The notes under the pieces: model-generated
Told to the model about the DNA's origin: nothing
The model's database searches: none
Seen by the model: the letters and a program-made list of their open reading frames with translations, nothing else
Assembly (NCBI GenBank): GCA_964016885.1
Contig: OZ024740.1
Span: 402,690,001-402,754,000 of the forward strand
Source of the DNA: Eledone cirrhosa
Taxonomy: Eukaryota
Length of the DNA stretch: 64,000 nt
Direction of reading: 5' to 3'
Position numbers and translations under genes: made by a program
Shown: one piece after another, positions 29,300-42,205 of the stretch
How positions within the stretch are numbered: position 1 is the stretch's first letter
Layout of the letters: each line of letters opens with the position of its first letter

Positions 29300-29486
29300 C
29301 TCCGGTCTTTCAAACAACAATGTCATGCCAATCGTCATCGGGGCGCTAGGCAAGGTCCCTAGATGTGTTACCACTTTCACCAAAAGCCTTGGAATCCCTG
29401 ACTTTATAGGCTGTGCCCAAATTTTTACCATCACTAACACTGCCAGAATCCTGCATGACATCTTGAGCCTCTTAGTCAGGGACTGA
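29300..29486 (+). mobile_element. R4/Dong-clade LINE extreme C-terminus
   Basis: Translates VMPIVIGALGKVPRCVTTFTKSLGIPDFIGCAQIFTITNTARILHDILSL. Confidence 0.65.
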
Positions 29487-29899
29487 TCTGAGGCTTCACA
29501 TTGCCATCAATTTCTAGAGTTTTGAAAACGAAAAATTTATTTGAATGTTTGAACTTTGTTTTGTGTTTGTACGAACTAACTCCAAGTCTCATCTTGAGAC
29601 CTCAAAAGATAGCACGTTATAAGTTCTAGTGGTCATTATGGTTAACATGGTTGATAATTGCCATATTTTATGGGGAAAATTTAGTTCGGTGATAGGGATT
29701 CCTGTTTTAATTATGTGCCTTGGATTCATAAGAAGTATTGTTCTAGAAAATATCTGACAAGGCATAAGAAAATTATAAGCCCGTTTAAAAGTAGGTTCTT
29801 TTGGTGCTAAAATGATTAAATGATAATAAATTAACGATAAAGTTATTTGCTATTATTTACTTTAATTAGTGGTTTTGATAATATACGAAAAAAAATTGC

Positions 29900-30530
29900 T
29901 ACATAGGTCTTTTTATAAGATATGACCAGTCCCCATGAATACTGTTTTCTGAATTTCTTCCAGTTTTAGATTTCTAGGGATTCGAGATAGCTCATAATCA
30001 TCTCATTTTGCTTTCATTCTTATGGTACCTACAACTCGTGTATTGTTCTTGTCGTGAGTTTTCACATTTTAGCAATTTTTTCTTCAAGATCTTATACTTG
30101 CTCAAATGTTGGTAGGTCTTGACAGATACATTTACATCGATCGGAACAGTCATCTTGATAAGGTTAGATGTTTTTGTCTGAAATCCTTCAATATATTATC
30201 TGTCCTATATATTTCTGTTAGTGTGAAGAGAAACATTTCATGGAACAGATGTGGTTTGTGTTCCACCAAGTTTTATAATGTGGCATGTCCAGATCTTTGT
30301 AAATTATGGAAAAAATGTGATCGATGGTTACAAGTTTACATAGTCAAAATATTGGGCTGCTGCAAGATGTTGGCTGGATAGTTTTTTTATAAGTAAGCAT
30401 TGATCTTATACTGCCAGGATAAACCCCCTGTCTCTGATTTGAAGCCAGATTAAGCTAACCACTTATAGTTAAGAGTTTTCTCAATATTAGCATTCTTAGC
30501 TCTCTCTTGGTATTTACTATGAAGTGTTTA
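29900..30530 (-). mobile_element. Degenerate R4/Dong-clade LINE C-terminal region
   Basis: Frameshifted translation: LHSKY...KWLA*SGFKSETGG..ILAV*DQ..NY; TIDHI; LIKMTVPIDVNV; LSKY.DLE; EEIQKTVFMGTGHIL. Confidence 0.7.
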
Positions 30531-30615
30531 ATGTTGCAATTTGACGGGAAGATTATTTAAACCTGCATTTTTAGTAAAGGTTTTCAGTTTTCAGCTTTTT
30601 TCTGCACTGCTGCTG

Positions 30616-30675
<60 letters not shown>

Positions 30676-30697
30676 ATTATTATTATTATTATTATTT

Positions 30698-30890
30698 AGG
30701 GCGGTGGATTAGCAGTATCGGTAGAGGGTCGGACGCCATGCTTTGACGCATAGAGTTACGGCCCTTGCCATTCTGAGTTCAAATCCCGCCGAGGTTAACT
30801 TTCTCTTTCATCCTTACGGGGTCGATAAAATAAAGTACCAGTAATGCACTGGGTAATTGCTGCCCTTGTGCCAAAAGTAGAAACAATTAT
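30698..30890 (+). mobile_element. tRNA-derived SINE family A with (ATT)n tail
   Basis: A-box-like head, B-box GAGTTCAAATCCC, central CTTTCATCCTTACGGGGTCGATAAAATAAAGTACCAG, tail running into (ATT)n. Confidence 0.9.
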
Positions 30891-31311
30891 TATTATTATT
30901 ATTATTATTATTGAATGCCATGGTTGACGGAGGCTCGGCTCTGTAAGGTATTGTAAATTTTGACCGCTATAACAATTGTGAATTGTTTAAAACTTTAACC
31001 AAATTGCAGACAAAAACACCCTCCTCCTCGTGAGAGGGATCTTTCTGCCCGTTAGTTGGCCCTTCGGGGTTAAATAACCGCTTATTGGGGTTTTGTGCCC
31101 AATATTTATTTTAAACCCCAAAAAACATGGCTATGAAAAAGAATTTTCACAAGTCACTCCCACTCATTCCGTCTTCTTCTTCTTCAATCGTCACTACAGC
31201 AGAGAGAAGATTGTCTCTCTCCCTCCCTTCTCTAAATGTGTCTCTCTCCTCCCTTCTCTTTCGCAAGCGACGCCAATAAAGAAAAATAGCTTCCAAAATC
31301 ACGTGCAAAGC

Positions 31312-33269
31312 ATGGAACATTTCTCCACGACGACGACAACGACGAAAAAGGTGTGCGGTAAATACGAAAACCCATTTCATTCGTCTGACGTCATGAATAA
31401 TAGCAGTAGCAGCCGTAATAACAGCATCAGCAGCAGCAACAGTGACAAGGAAAACAACAGTAGCAGCCGCAACAGCATCAGCAGCACCATAAGCAACAAC
31501 AGCATTAGCAGCAACAGCAACAACAACAGCAGCAGCAGCAACAACAACAACAACCACAGCAACAGCGGCGGCGGCAGTAGTCGTAGTACCTGCAGCAACA
31601 ACAAAAGTAACAGCAGCTCTGACGACAACAACAACTGCAGCAAAGAAAAACCAATCTCGTTTGCAGGTATCGCAAAGAACCTGGAAACCATCCTCATAAC
31701 AAATGAGGAATTACAAGAAGCGAAGATGGTGACAAAAACCGGACACCGAGCAATCTGCAAGGTAGCCGAAAATTTTTTAGAAACCCAACAGTGTACGGTC
31801 ACGTACCGCACAGTAAGCACAAAATCCCGTAGGGTTGAAAGAGCCACAGAGGCTCAAATACAAAAAGCCTTAGGGTCTGTGTGGCAGCGGAAAACGCACA
31901 TCACCCGAGGCAAGAAATATGCCACCGTAGACTTGCTTTTTTCCACACCCCAGGAGGCAAAGGCTCAATCCTTAGTGACCCTAAGGAGCGAGGAAATGGT
32001 GTTGGTGCCCTCCTACTGCGGGCAAAAAATTGTGAGGCTCAAACTGACCCACGTCCCCCGTCCCCCACGATGGCCCCTTCTTGGCTGGCCGCGTCATTCC
32101 TCGTCGGAATCGAGGACAAAACAACTGTACTGCAAGTACAGAAAAAAGTAAGAGAAGATTGGGTTGGCACCTCTATTGAGATGTTAATCCAAACCAACCA
32201 GGAGTGCATCGAAGCTATCCCGGATGTGATAGACTTCGATAACGGCACTCAACTGCCCATAAGTGTTGAGGGAAAACGCCCGAAATGCTTTCGCTGTGGA
32301 TCGAAGACTCACCTCAGGGCCTTCTGCAACGAGAAGACCCTGAGAAAGGAGAAAACCCCCCTCCTTTCTAAACCGGCTCCACTGTTACCAGCAACAGGAC
32401 AAGCGGTAACCAAGAACGATAGGTCCGTGGCACCCATACCCACGCCACGGAATTCAAGAACAGCAGCAGCAGTGGAAGTATTAACAACAACAACAGTAAT
32501 ACCAACTGCAGCTGCAACAGAGACTCGACTGCAAACATCACCAACAACAACAAGTGAAAGAGTGGAGCTGGTACCCCTCCCCGACCTCACAGAATCAGAC
32601 ATGGAGTGTGAGGTGGGAGAGGGATGGCAAAAGGTCGCAAGAAGGCACAAAAGCAGAAGCAGCGCATCGTCGCCTTCGAAAAGGGAGGAAAGAAATAAAA
32701 AAAGGGTAAAGGCTACTGCAAAGAGACTCACAGCAGCAACACCACCAACACCATCACCACCTACACTAGCACCACCATCACCACCGGCGAAAACCCCACC
32801 GGCAACAATAACAACACCTTCAACACCACCACCACAAGCACCAACATCGCAAATACAACAACAAAACACACACACCCAGCAACAACGACAAGAAAATAGC
32901 AGAACCACACCCCACCCCCAGAAAAACAAATGCACGGCAATAAATACACACAAGAAACTAATGACTTACATAATTGAACACACAGACATTTCACAGCACG
33001 ACTACATAATACCAGCAGCAATCAAAACGCCAACGAACATAAGACTGGTAAAAATAGCACAGAAACAATACACAAACATTAAAAATAAATTCCCAAACGG
33101 AGTTGGTGATTTCAGAGACCTAGGAGGGACTCTCAACCGGAGAGTATATTCGGACATAATCATAGAAGAGCCGACGACCAGCCGAAGGGACGATTCAACG
33201 GTCCCTTCACCAGACGATCAAGTGAATGGGGATGGAGAAACCATCCTTCCTCTACGAAAAGTACGGTAA
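31312..33269 (+). pseudogene. Tx1-like ORF1 (gag-like), one frameshift at ~32060
   Basis: ORFs 31093-32151 and 31881-33269 join. Contains SFAGIAK, CFRCGSKTHLRAFC, GWQKV, an S/N-rich N-terminus and a P/T-rich region. Start ATG 31312 is inferred. Confidence 0.8.
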
Positions 33270-33303
33270 GTGGTCTTTCCCATCTTTTCCATTCCATTTC
33301 AAC

Positions 33304-36300
33304 ATGATCTCACTCAGAATAGGCAGCATAAATGCGCGTGGCTTGGGGTCGTCATGGAAGCAGAGCCACCCACCTGCTCAACTGCCTCAGGTCACTAAAC
33401 ATAGATGTAGTGGCTATCAGTGAGACCAGAATCTCCGAAGCACGGGCCTTCGCACCGATCTTCAGCTGCTACGATGTGTACGCATCTCCCAGCCGTCCTC
33501 GATCTGGGGGAGGTATCGCTGTGCTTTTTCGGAGAGGTTTGGATCTCGCCATACGGGCCATCTTCCTGGACCCAGAAGGTAAGTTGGTGGTGCTGGACGT
33601 GACCAGCGGAGACGGGCAAGCTTTCAGGCTAGTGGCCGTCTATGCCCCGACAGGAGCAGGTTGGCCTGATTTCTTCCGGCGTCTAGAGACCTTTTTTGGA
33701 ACGTCCCGCTCTTTAGTGTTAGTGGGCGACTCGAACGGGATATTAGATGCACGCTAGGACTTGTGGGATTAGCGGATAGGGGAGGAAGGTGCAAGATCCT
33801 CACCAACCTGCTCAGGCGTTTTGAACTGTCTGACAGGTACCGATTGGATTTCCCGAATGTGCCAATGTGGACTTGGACAAATCGCATAGGGTCATCCAGA
33901 TCATATCTAGATAGAGTATTTTGTAGGGAAATAGATAGGTCTAGCATAGGCTGTCCACAAGTCAAGATAGTCAGCTACACGGACCACAAATTCGTGATCT
34001 GTGTGCTTGAATTAGATAGGCTTCATAGACGAGGGCCCGGCTACTGGAAACTAAACGCGTCCTTACCAGCGCGCAAGGCCTACAGAGACCGGATTAGCGA
34101 ACTAGTTAAGCGGTCGTTGACGGGGGCCATCGTCAACAACAAGTGGTGGTTTGCTCTGAAAAGAGCAATTAGAATAGAGTCCATTAGGCTTAGTAAGGCT
34201 TTAGCAATAGAGAAAAATAGAGCAGAGGGAGAACTAGTTAGAAAATTAGACGAGGCGCTGAGCAAAGCACGAAGGCTGCGTTGTCAGAGCTAGGGTGCGT
34301 GCTCTCAGACACGAGGGGGCGAAAGCCGTTCAATGGGCCCGAGTGGCAGAGGCGCGTCGTGGCAACAAAGCCACGATCCGGTCTTTGGTGGACCACGACG
34401 GGCGCATGCTACTCGATCACGGGAAAATGTGTGAAGCTTTTCAGCGACACTTCGCTTTGCTGTTCGTGGGCAGCGGTGGGCCGGGTCGAGGGATTGACTT
34501 TATTGTCTACCTCGACGGACAGCCGTGGCTCTCGGCCACTGAGGCGGAGTGTTGCGAAAAGCCGATAACAGCCGCCGAAGTACGGGAGGCAATGACTGGC
34601 TGCACAAGGGGTAAATCGCCTGGTTTGGATGGTCTGCCCTATGAACTTTACGTACAGATGCCAGACTTGTTCGGAGGCCTCTTAGCGGACGTCTACTGCA
34701 ACTGGCAACAGAACGGCAGAATTCCCAGCTATGTTAGCCGAGGAGCGGTGGCACTGCTGAGAAAGGATCCTAACAAGGCCGATATCATAGATAATTTCAG
34801 GCCATAACTCTGCTAAACACAGAGTTCAAGATTTTGGCCAAGGTGCTAGCAAAGAGGTTGGCGCTTGTCGTTGTTGGTCTGGTGGGAGATGCGCAGACAT
34901 GCGTCATTCCCGACAGATCCATCCACGACTACCTCCACCTCATGCCATACATCGTAGAGAGGGTAGCTAGGGAACCTGGCACGGGTGGGTCCTTGATCAA
35001 TTTAGATCAGTTGAAAGCTTTCGGTAGGGTCGCCCATCGTTACCTAGTGGCAGTCCTGAGGGCGGCTGGCTTTGGGCCCGTCTTCAGAGCCTGGATCGGT
35101 GCCATGCACAGTGACATCTGCTCTGTGGTGAGAGTGAACGCTCACCTTTCGGAACCGTTCAACATCATGCGCTCGATCGGCCAAGGATGTCCCCTCTCGT
35201 CCCTCTTGTACGTATTGACTCTGGAGCCATTGCTTCACAAACTGGAGACGTTTAGGGGCGTCCCGCGCGAACTAGGATGCGGAAGATCCGTGTCAGCATA
35301 TACGGACGATGTCACCGTAGTGGTGTCGAACGCCAAACACATCGAGGCGATCGGCACTACACTAAGAGAATACGAAGCGGTGACAGGAGCAATGATCAAC
35401 CAGAAAAAGTCAGTGGGTCTGCAGCTCGGTACCTGGAGAGGCAGGTCCATGCCGTCCAACAGCATCGTCGGACGCTGGACGGACGGACCGGTTAAATTGT
35501 TAGGGGTCTGGTTCGGTCCGGACCTCCAGACAGACAAAAACTGGGACGAGGTGACGAGAAGGGTGGCTTCTCTCACCCAGAAATGGGCCGAGAGGAAGCT
35601 ATCCCTGAAAGGTCGAGCGGAGGTGGCTAACGCGTACATCGCGTCTGTCATCTGCTACCGCCTGACCGCCTGCTACCGCCTGACTGCGCTGGAACGTTTG
35701 CTCTTTCGCTTTTTGTGGAAGGGACGCGCTCCGATTGTCAGGCGGCCCATCTGTTGTCAACACCAGCTACGTGGAGGGCTGGGCATGCCGTGGCTGATGA
35801 TGCGCAGACACGCGATCAGGCTACGACATCGCCACCTCTTCCTCGACGGTGATCAGGTGTGGTCGCCATTTGCTAGACACGTATTTCCCCAGCTCGTTTC
35901 CTTGAGGGAGCTGCAGTCCTGGGTCAAGCGAAGACCGAGAGGGAGCGCCTGGAGACTGGAATGTCTTCAGGCGCTCACAGCCCTCGACCAATCGGGCAAT
36001 CTGATCGGTGGAAACTCCATCTCGGCGTTCTATAGAGGATTAGTGGAGGAGAAGAGCGACGACGTACTTGGGGAAACTCTAGGCGTCGACGAAAATCAAC
36101 TAGCCAATCTCTTCAGAAGAACTTTCGGGCCAGGGCCTATGGACAACTTCCATAAATCTCTGGCCTGGCAGTGTTACCGAGGAGCCTTTCCAGTTCGGGA
36201 TAAACTCTACAGGCATGGAGGTGCCGTCAGCCGGGCATGTCCGAGATGCGCGCAGGGCGACGAAACCGTCCTGCACACACTCGTCCAGTGCCCGAAAATT

Positions 36301-36654
36301 GCTGACTTGTGGGTTTATGTCGAACACATGCTGTTGCGTGTAGGACGGATCCGGCTATCATCTGAGTCCTTCGTGAGGATTTCCCCGCCCTCTTCCTTTA
36401 GCCGGGAAGGGCAGGCAGTTTTTATCTGTATGGTGGCCATTGCGAAAGTGATAGTATGGTGGACACGTTTGAAAGGGCTGAAGACGAGCACTTACATCTT
36501 CGGTGATGCCCTGATTGACATTTTCAAATTTCATTTGAAAAGGAAAATCAGAGTAGAGAGGGAAGTGCTCGCTTCCCAGCATTTTGTTGAAAGATGGGTG
36601 AGAGAAGCAAGAATGGCCCGAGTGAATGGGCCTACTCTGAGTACGTATCTGTAA
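33304..36654 (+). pseudogene. Tx1-like ORF2 (APE endonuclease + reverse transcriptase + C-terminal zinc finger), disrupted
   Basis: Motifs SINARGL, ISET, VYAP, LVGDSN, YLDR, TDH, YWKLN, KSPGLDG, NFRP, QGCPLS, YTDD and CPRC...HTLVQC, spread over several frames. Stop at 33755 and an apparent deletion near 34265. Confidence 0.9.
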
Positions 36655-36903
36655 ATTAAAGGTGGAAAACTGGGAGAGGGCACTTGCCCTGGTGGTCAGG
36701 ATCACTGTGGCCTTTTACTGGGCTTTCTCCACAAATGTCCCTCCGAAGTCTCCACCCTATTGGGGAATTTTTCATTGTTATTATTTTGTTACATCCTCTG
36801 TTTTTGTTTTTTACACGCAGAAATGCCCATTTGTACCGTCCTGTATTGTCCTGCACTTTTCTTAATGTCTACTTTATGTAAACCCTTGTGGTTAATAAAG
36901 AAA

Positions 36904-36950
<47 letters not shown>

Positions 36951-36959
36951 TATTTTTTT

Positions 36960-37286
36960 TTGAAAGATGGGTGAGAGAGGCAAGAATGGCCCGAGTAAAT
37001 GGGCTTACTCTGAGTATATGCCTGTAAATTGAAGGTGGAAAACTGGGAGAGGGCACTTGCCCTGGTGGTCAGGGTCATCGTGGGTTTTTTAATGGGCTTT
37101 CTCCACGATGGCCTTCGGAAGTCTCCCCCCCCCCCCCCTATTGGAGAATTTTTCATCCTTCTTTTTTCGTTACATCCTCTGTTTTGTTTTTATTACACGC
37201 AGAAATGCCCATTTGCACCGTCCTGTATTGTCTGTACTGTCCTTAATGTCTACTTTGTGTAAACCCTTGTGGTTAATAAAGAAAGC
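36960..37286 (+). mobile_element. Second, 5'-truncated copy of the Tx1-like 3' end, in tandem
   Basis: Diverged repeat of ~36588-36905, also ending AATAAAGAAAGC + (ATT)n. Confidence 0.9.
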
Positions 37287-37866
37287 ATTATTATTATTAT
37301 TATTATTCCTCTTCTTCTTTTCTTCTTCGTCTTCTTCTTCTCTTTCTTCTTCTTCTTCTTCTTCTTCTTCTTCTTCTTCTTCTTCTCTACTATTGTTATT
37401 ATTATTACTGTTGTTATTACTATTATTAACATTATTATATCATAATTATTAAATATACGGTTGATTCGTTTCATGGCTTATTTTGCTTGGTGATTTGACC
37501 ATTGCTTGTCGTCATGTTCCGTTTGTTCTTGTTAGTTTTAACCATCCTCATTGCTATAATAATATCATTACAATAGACCGCTATAACATTTGTTCACTAA
37601 TAAAAGGAACCGTCAAACAAGGCGACGTCACAAATGACATGGTGGTTTTTATCTGCAGGGCTTGTACGACTGAGAGAGAGAGAGTAGGAGGGAAGCAATA
37701 ATTTGATTAGTGAATGTGAAGGGGGAAGTGGCATGGAGCTTCGAATATGTAGTGAAAGAGATATTCAGTCGGGAAAGAAAGATTCATAGTGAGAGGAGAA
37801 TTGCGCGTGAGTGTTTAATTTAAATGTGTGTATATATATATACATACACACATTTCAACACTCACG

Positions 37867-37941
<75 letters not shown>

Positions 37942-37986
37942 ATATATGTATATATATATATATATATTTATGTATATATAAAAAAG

Positions 37987-38023
<37 letters not shown>

Positions 38024-38240
38024 AATATATATGTATATATATGGGGGGCGTGTGTGTGCGTGTGTGGATGTGGTATATAGAGGTATAGAGAGAAAAGGTA
38101 GAGCATTATCACGTAGCATGTGTAATCGGGTTTTATTCACGGATTGTTTTCAATAGGAAAAGAATGAGAGAACTTGTGAAGTAACCTTAGAGGGAGTGAC
38201 AGAGAGAGAGGCAGAGAGAGAGAGAGGGGCAGACAGAGAG

Positions 38241-38302
<62 letters not shown>

Positions 38303-38898
38303 TAATACACTAAGAAAAGGCAGGGTGATAGAGAGAGAGTGAAAGCGATGAACTGGGTGGTTCAATTGCATTGGTTGTTAAGACACTAACAGTATATCAA
38401 AAGACTCTTTGGCATTAAACTTCTTCAACTATTGTTGTGAATAGAATGGAGGTCGCCACTTGAAAATTATCAAGAATCGCACGATCATAGCAAGGCCAAC
38501 GAATTCTTTGATCTTTAAATTGTAGGAGGTAGTTACGGATGGCAATTACAACTGCTTAATATGTTCTTCGCTCCTGCACGCAGGTACACACACAAACACA
38601 AATACATAGAAACACAAATCCATAAACACACACACTCATACACACACATGCACACATGTATATATGAATGTTTGTATCTATACACATATATATATATATG
38701 CATGCGTATCTATGTGTGTTCACGTGTACAGTTGTATTTATGTATGTAAATGTGTCTTTTGATACAACGTACAAACAAACGCCTGTATATGTGTACGGTC
38801 CATTTGCGTACACATACTCTGACACAAGCAGATGGAAGTGTATTATTGGCTCATATATTTATATGCTTAGATATGCTCACAATCACAGACAAATGCAC

Positions 38899-38938
<40 letters not shown>

Positions 38939-38971
38939 CGATATATATATATATATATATATGTATGTAGG

Positions 38972-39046
<75 letters not shown>

Positions 39047-39116
39047 GGTAACAAGTTATCGTTATGGGTAATCCAGTTAGAGGGTACTCTTCATTATTTC
39101 ACTATATATATGTATG

Positions 39117-39195
<79 letters not shown>

Positions 39196-39303
39196 GTATA
39201 TATATATATACATATATATACAGTGAGAGAGGGGGATAGAGCGAGAGAGAGATAGAGTTTAGTATTTTACCACTATAGTCAATCGGGCCCCGATTCTATA
39301 ATA

Positions 39304-39339
<36 letters not shown>

Positions 39340-39341
<2 letters not shown>

Positions 39342-40177
39342 TAAATTATACAATTATCAAAGTTGTGTTCAAATCATTTAATAGCCGACAATCGTTTCTT
39401 CCAAACTCTCGTTTGGCGTCATCGGAGCATTATCAATGTTTGCACATATTCGGAAATTAACGATTGAAAATTTAACGGTTGATCAAATAAAGTCTATGAA
39501 TAGGAATTCATTAAGACTAATTTACAATCCATTACTCTAACTAACTTAAAACATTCAATATAAACATTAACTAAAACTTAATTCAACATATGTGATGGAA
39601 AAGTCTGCAAAAACTGTATGTTTCTCAACACACATTAATTCGAACACCATCAACTTTCAACACCCACAATAGACTCTAATACATTAACATATTTGCTTAA
39701 AGTGCAGTATTTATTCATCTATATGTGCATAATAGCTTTGCTTGTCTCCTTCTCTTGTATATGACTTACGCAGTCGCACTATCAACACGCCTGCATATGA
39801 ATATTTATTGCACTCTTCCTTTCTCAAAACTACTTCCTCAATGCCTCTTTAATATTTGGACTATTCCTTTGTTTTAACGGTCGCATGTATTCCACTCCGT
39901 GCTTTTGATTTTGATTTTAAATTAATTTGAATTTGAACTTGAATTTGAGCTTGAATGCTTGTACAATTATTGTACAATTCTTGTAAAATATATGTCTCAT
40001 CCATTCCACCCTGTAAACTGTTGCTCACAACATCAACTTATATGTATTATTGTTCAGGAGGTTAATTATATGTGCAAACATTGATAATGCTCCAATGACC
40101 TCAAATGAGAGTTTGGAAGAAACGATTGTCAGCTACTAAATGATTTGAACACAACTTTGATAATTGTATAATTTATT
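39340..40177. mobile_element. Head-to-head inverted pair (39340-39449 / 40068-40177) with decayed hammerheads
   Basis: Minus arm reads GCT-CCGATGA-(CG)CCAAAC-GAGA-GTTTGG-AA-GAA-ACGATTGT-C-GGC (39384-39428); plus arm (40089-40133) is similar with a CCAATGA core. Confidence 0.75.
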
Positions 40178-40669
40178 TATTTTCCTGCTCTGTAAAACAA
40201 CTGATGTTCATACATTGAGCTTTTCTCTTACTGGTAATAAGGTAATTAAGAAATTACTGACCTTCCTTTTTATAGTTATTTATACTATATACATAACTAT
40301 AAATAGTATTATTATTATTATTATTATATATATATATATAGGGTTGGTAAAATTCCCGCGATCCATAGATGAGTTCTGTCCAGCATATATATAATCATGG
40401 TTTCTGATTTAGGCAAAAGGCCAGGAATTACCCCAGTGCATTACTCGTGCTTTATTTTATCGACCCCATAAGGATGAAAACGCACGGACATATGGGGATT
40501 TCCCACGTTCGTAAGCTGATATATGATAATAATGAAAATATTGTGTACAGTGCTCAGGTGCACTACAACTGTGTATATATAGTACATAGGGTAATGTACA
40601 AACGTCAGGAAAATGAACAGTGCATGAGTCATGATATACAAATGTGTGCATGTGTATAGAAGGGGTACA

Positions 40670-40898
40670 TCAGGTGTAGTTTTGGCGAATCCATGCCCAG
40701 GGAAGCAAGGCGTTCAGAGTATGGTAGGTGTCTGATGGAGGGTATGCGCTTGGTTGCACGTCTCTGAACAGTTTCAAGGAGGTCAATGTTCTGAGCAAGA
40801 TGCGAATTCCAAGTGTGGCCGTACCATAGCTGTATACAGCTTTACATAGATGGCTGGAGACGGCTAACAAAGGTCTTGCGGAGGGATGCCAACACACC
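40670..40898 (-). mobile_element. CR1/L2-group LINE RT C-terminal fragment
   Basis: Minus strand reads LYTAMVRPHLEF ... NIDLLETVQRRATKRIPSIRHLPYSERLASLGM. Confidence 0.8.
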
Positions 40899-40917
40899 AT
40901 ATAATATATATATATAT

Positions 40918-40996
40918 AATTCTATTTATAGCACCTGTATATTCTGGCGTATCTTTAAAAAAGCAACCAATTTCAGACACACACACACAGACAGGT

Positions 40997-41038
<42 letters not shown>

Positions 41039-41189
41039 CTGTGTGCATTATGTGTGAGTGTGTGTATGTGTGTGTGTGTGAACGTGTGTGTGTATGTATA
41101 TGTGTATACCTGCCTCTGTGTGTGTGCGTCTGAAATTGGTTGCTTTTTTTAAAGATACGTCAGAATATACAAGTACTACAAATAGAATT
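40918..41189. repeat. Inverted repeat, ~85-bp arms around a CA/TA/TG microsatellite loop
   Basis: 40918-41003 vs 41101-41189 are reverse complements. Confidence 0.85.
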
Positions 41190-42036
41190 AGTCGGGTAAA
41201 ATACTCCGTGAGAAGGGGAAAGGTGAGCAGAACAGCGTGTAGGTATCAAAACTAGCAGATGTAGCATACCGAGGCATCGCGTTTAATTATTGCACTAAAG
41301 TGGCTCCGGATAGAAGTGGAAACCTTGCTCGGTTTTTGAAACGCATTGTGGTAGCTTTTCAAAAGGGAAAATATATTTTCAAATTTACATGAATGAAAAA
41401 CAGAGCAACGTTGACTCGAGAAGGAGTTATTGTTTCTGACGGAAATATGTCTGTGTGTAGGTGGTCTATATGGAATTTCGTGAATGGATTTGTCCATTGA
41501 ATTTTAAGAGAACTTTTTTCTGACTTGATTCTTTCCCTCTGATATTAAAGAAAAGTGAAACATTTATGTGGTCATTTAGTGATGTGATGCGAGCTCAATT
41601 TTTGTTGGGGATGGCTGGCATGGGGAACCAAGCCATAATGGAATTTTACATTTCATGTTAACAGCATTTGTGAAGCATTTATTTTTCATAAATACTGTTT
41701 ACTTGAAAGAGGAGTATTATTATGACGGGCATTTTTGAAGCGTATTGGAGGAAACCTAAGTTCAAGTTTCATTGTACCAAATTTAACAGCAAAACTTAAT
41801 TTTTCGTAAACTGAATTGCAAATGGAATTATTAATATGCGACAAAGGTTATCAGTCTCAATACCAGAATACACGATCATATAATACACGATCATATAAAT
41901 TTAATATAAAAAAAAAGGCACAGGCGATAGATAAAATATATATATGTTGGGAACATAAAATCTCACCGCTGTCATCACCACTGTACGTCTATCCTCTTTT
42001 CTGAATTGCCTTTTATTTACTTCATCCACCCTCAAT

Positions 42037-42116
<80 letters not shown>

Positions 42117-42139
42117 TGCAGCAGCAGCAGCAGTAGTAA

Positions 42140-42205
<66 letters not shown>

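Larger units (their letters stand above)
30913..36905 (+). mobile_element. Near-full-length Tx1/L1-clade non-LTR retrotransposon inserted in (ATT)n
   Basis: ORF1 with CCHC knuckle; ORF2 APE endonuclease-RT-zinc finger; AATAAA at 36894-99; (ATT)n on both flanks. Confidence 0.92.

Noticed and set aside
30698-30795. tRNA genes at GTTCRAATCC B-boxes
   Set aside because: Each is the head of a multicopy SINE with a shared downstream body and no proper cloverleaf.
31147-36705. Antisense ORFs over the Tx1 element (e.g. 31377-31847, 32309-32953, 35235-35651)
   Set aside because: Shadow frames of low-complexity or GC-rich coding sequence on the other strand.
30962-37593. GACCGCTATAACA(A/T)TTGT at 30962 and 37576 as a target-site duplication of the LINE
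   Set aside because: The copies do not abut the (ATT)n-defined element ends; treated as chance, though the match is fairly long.
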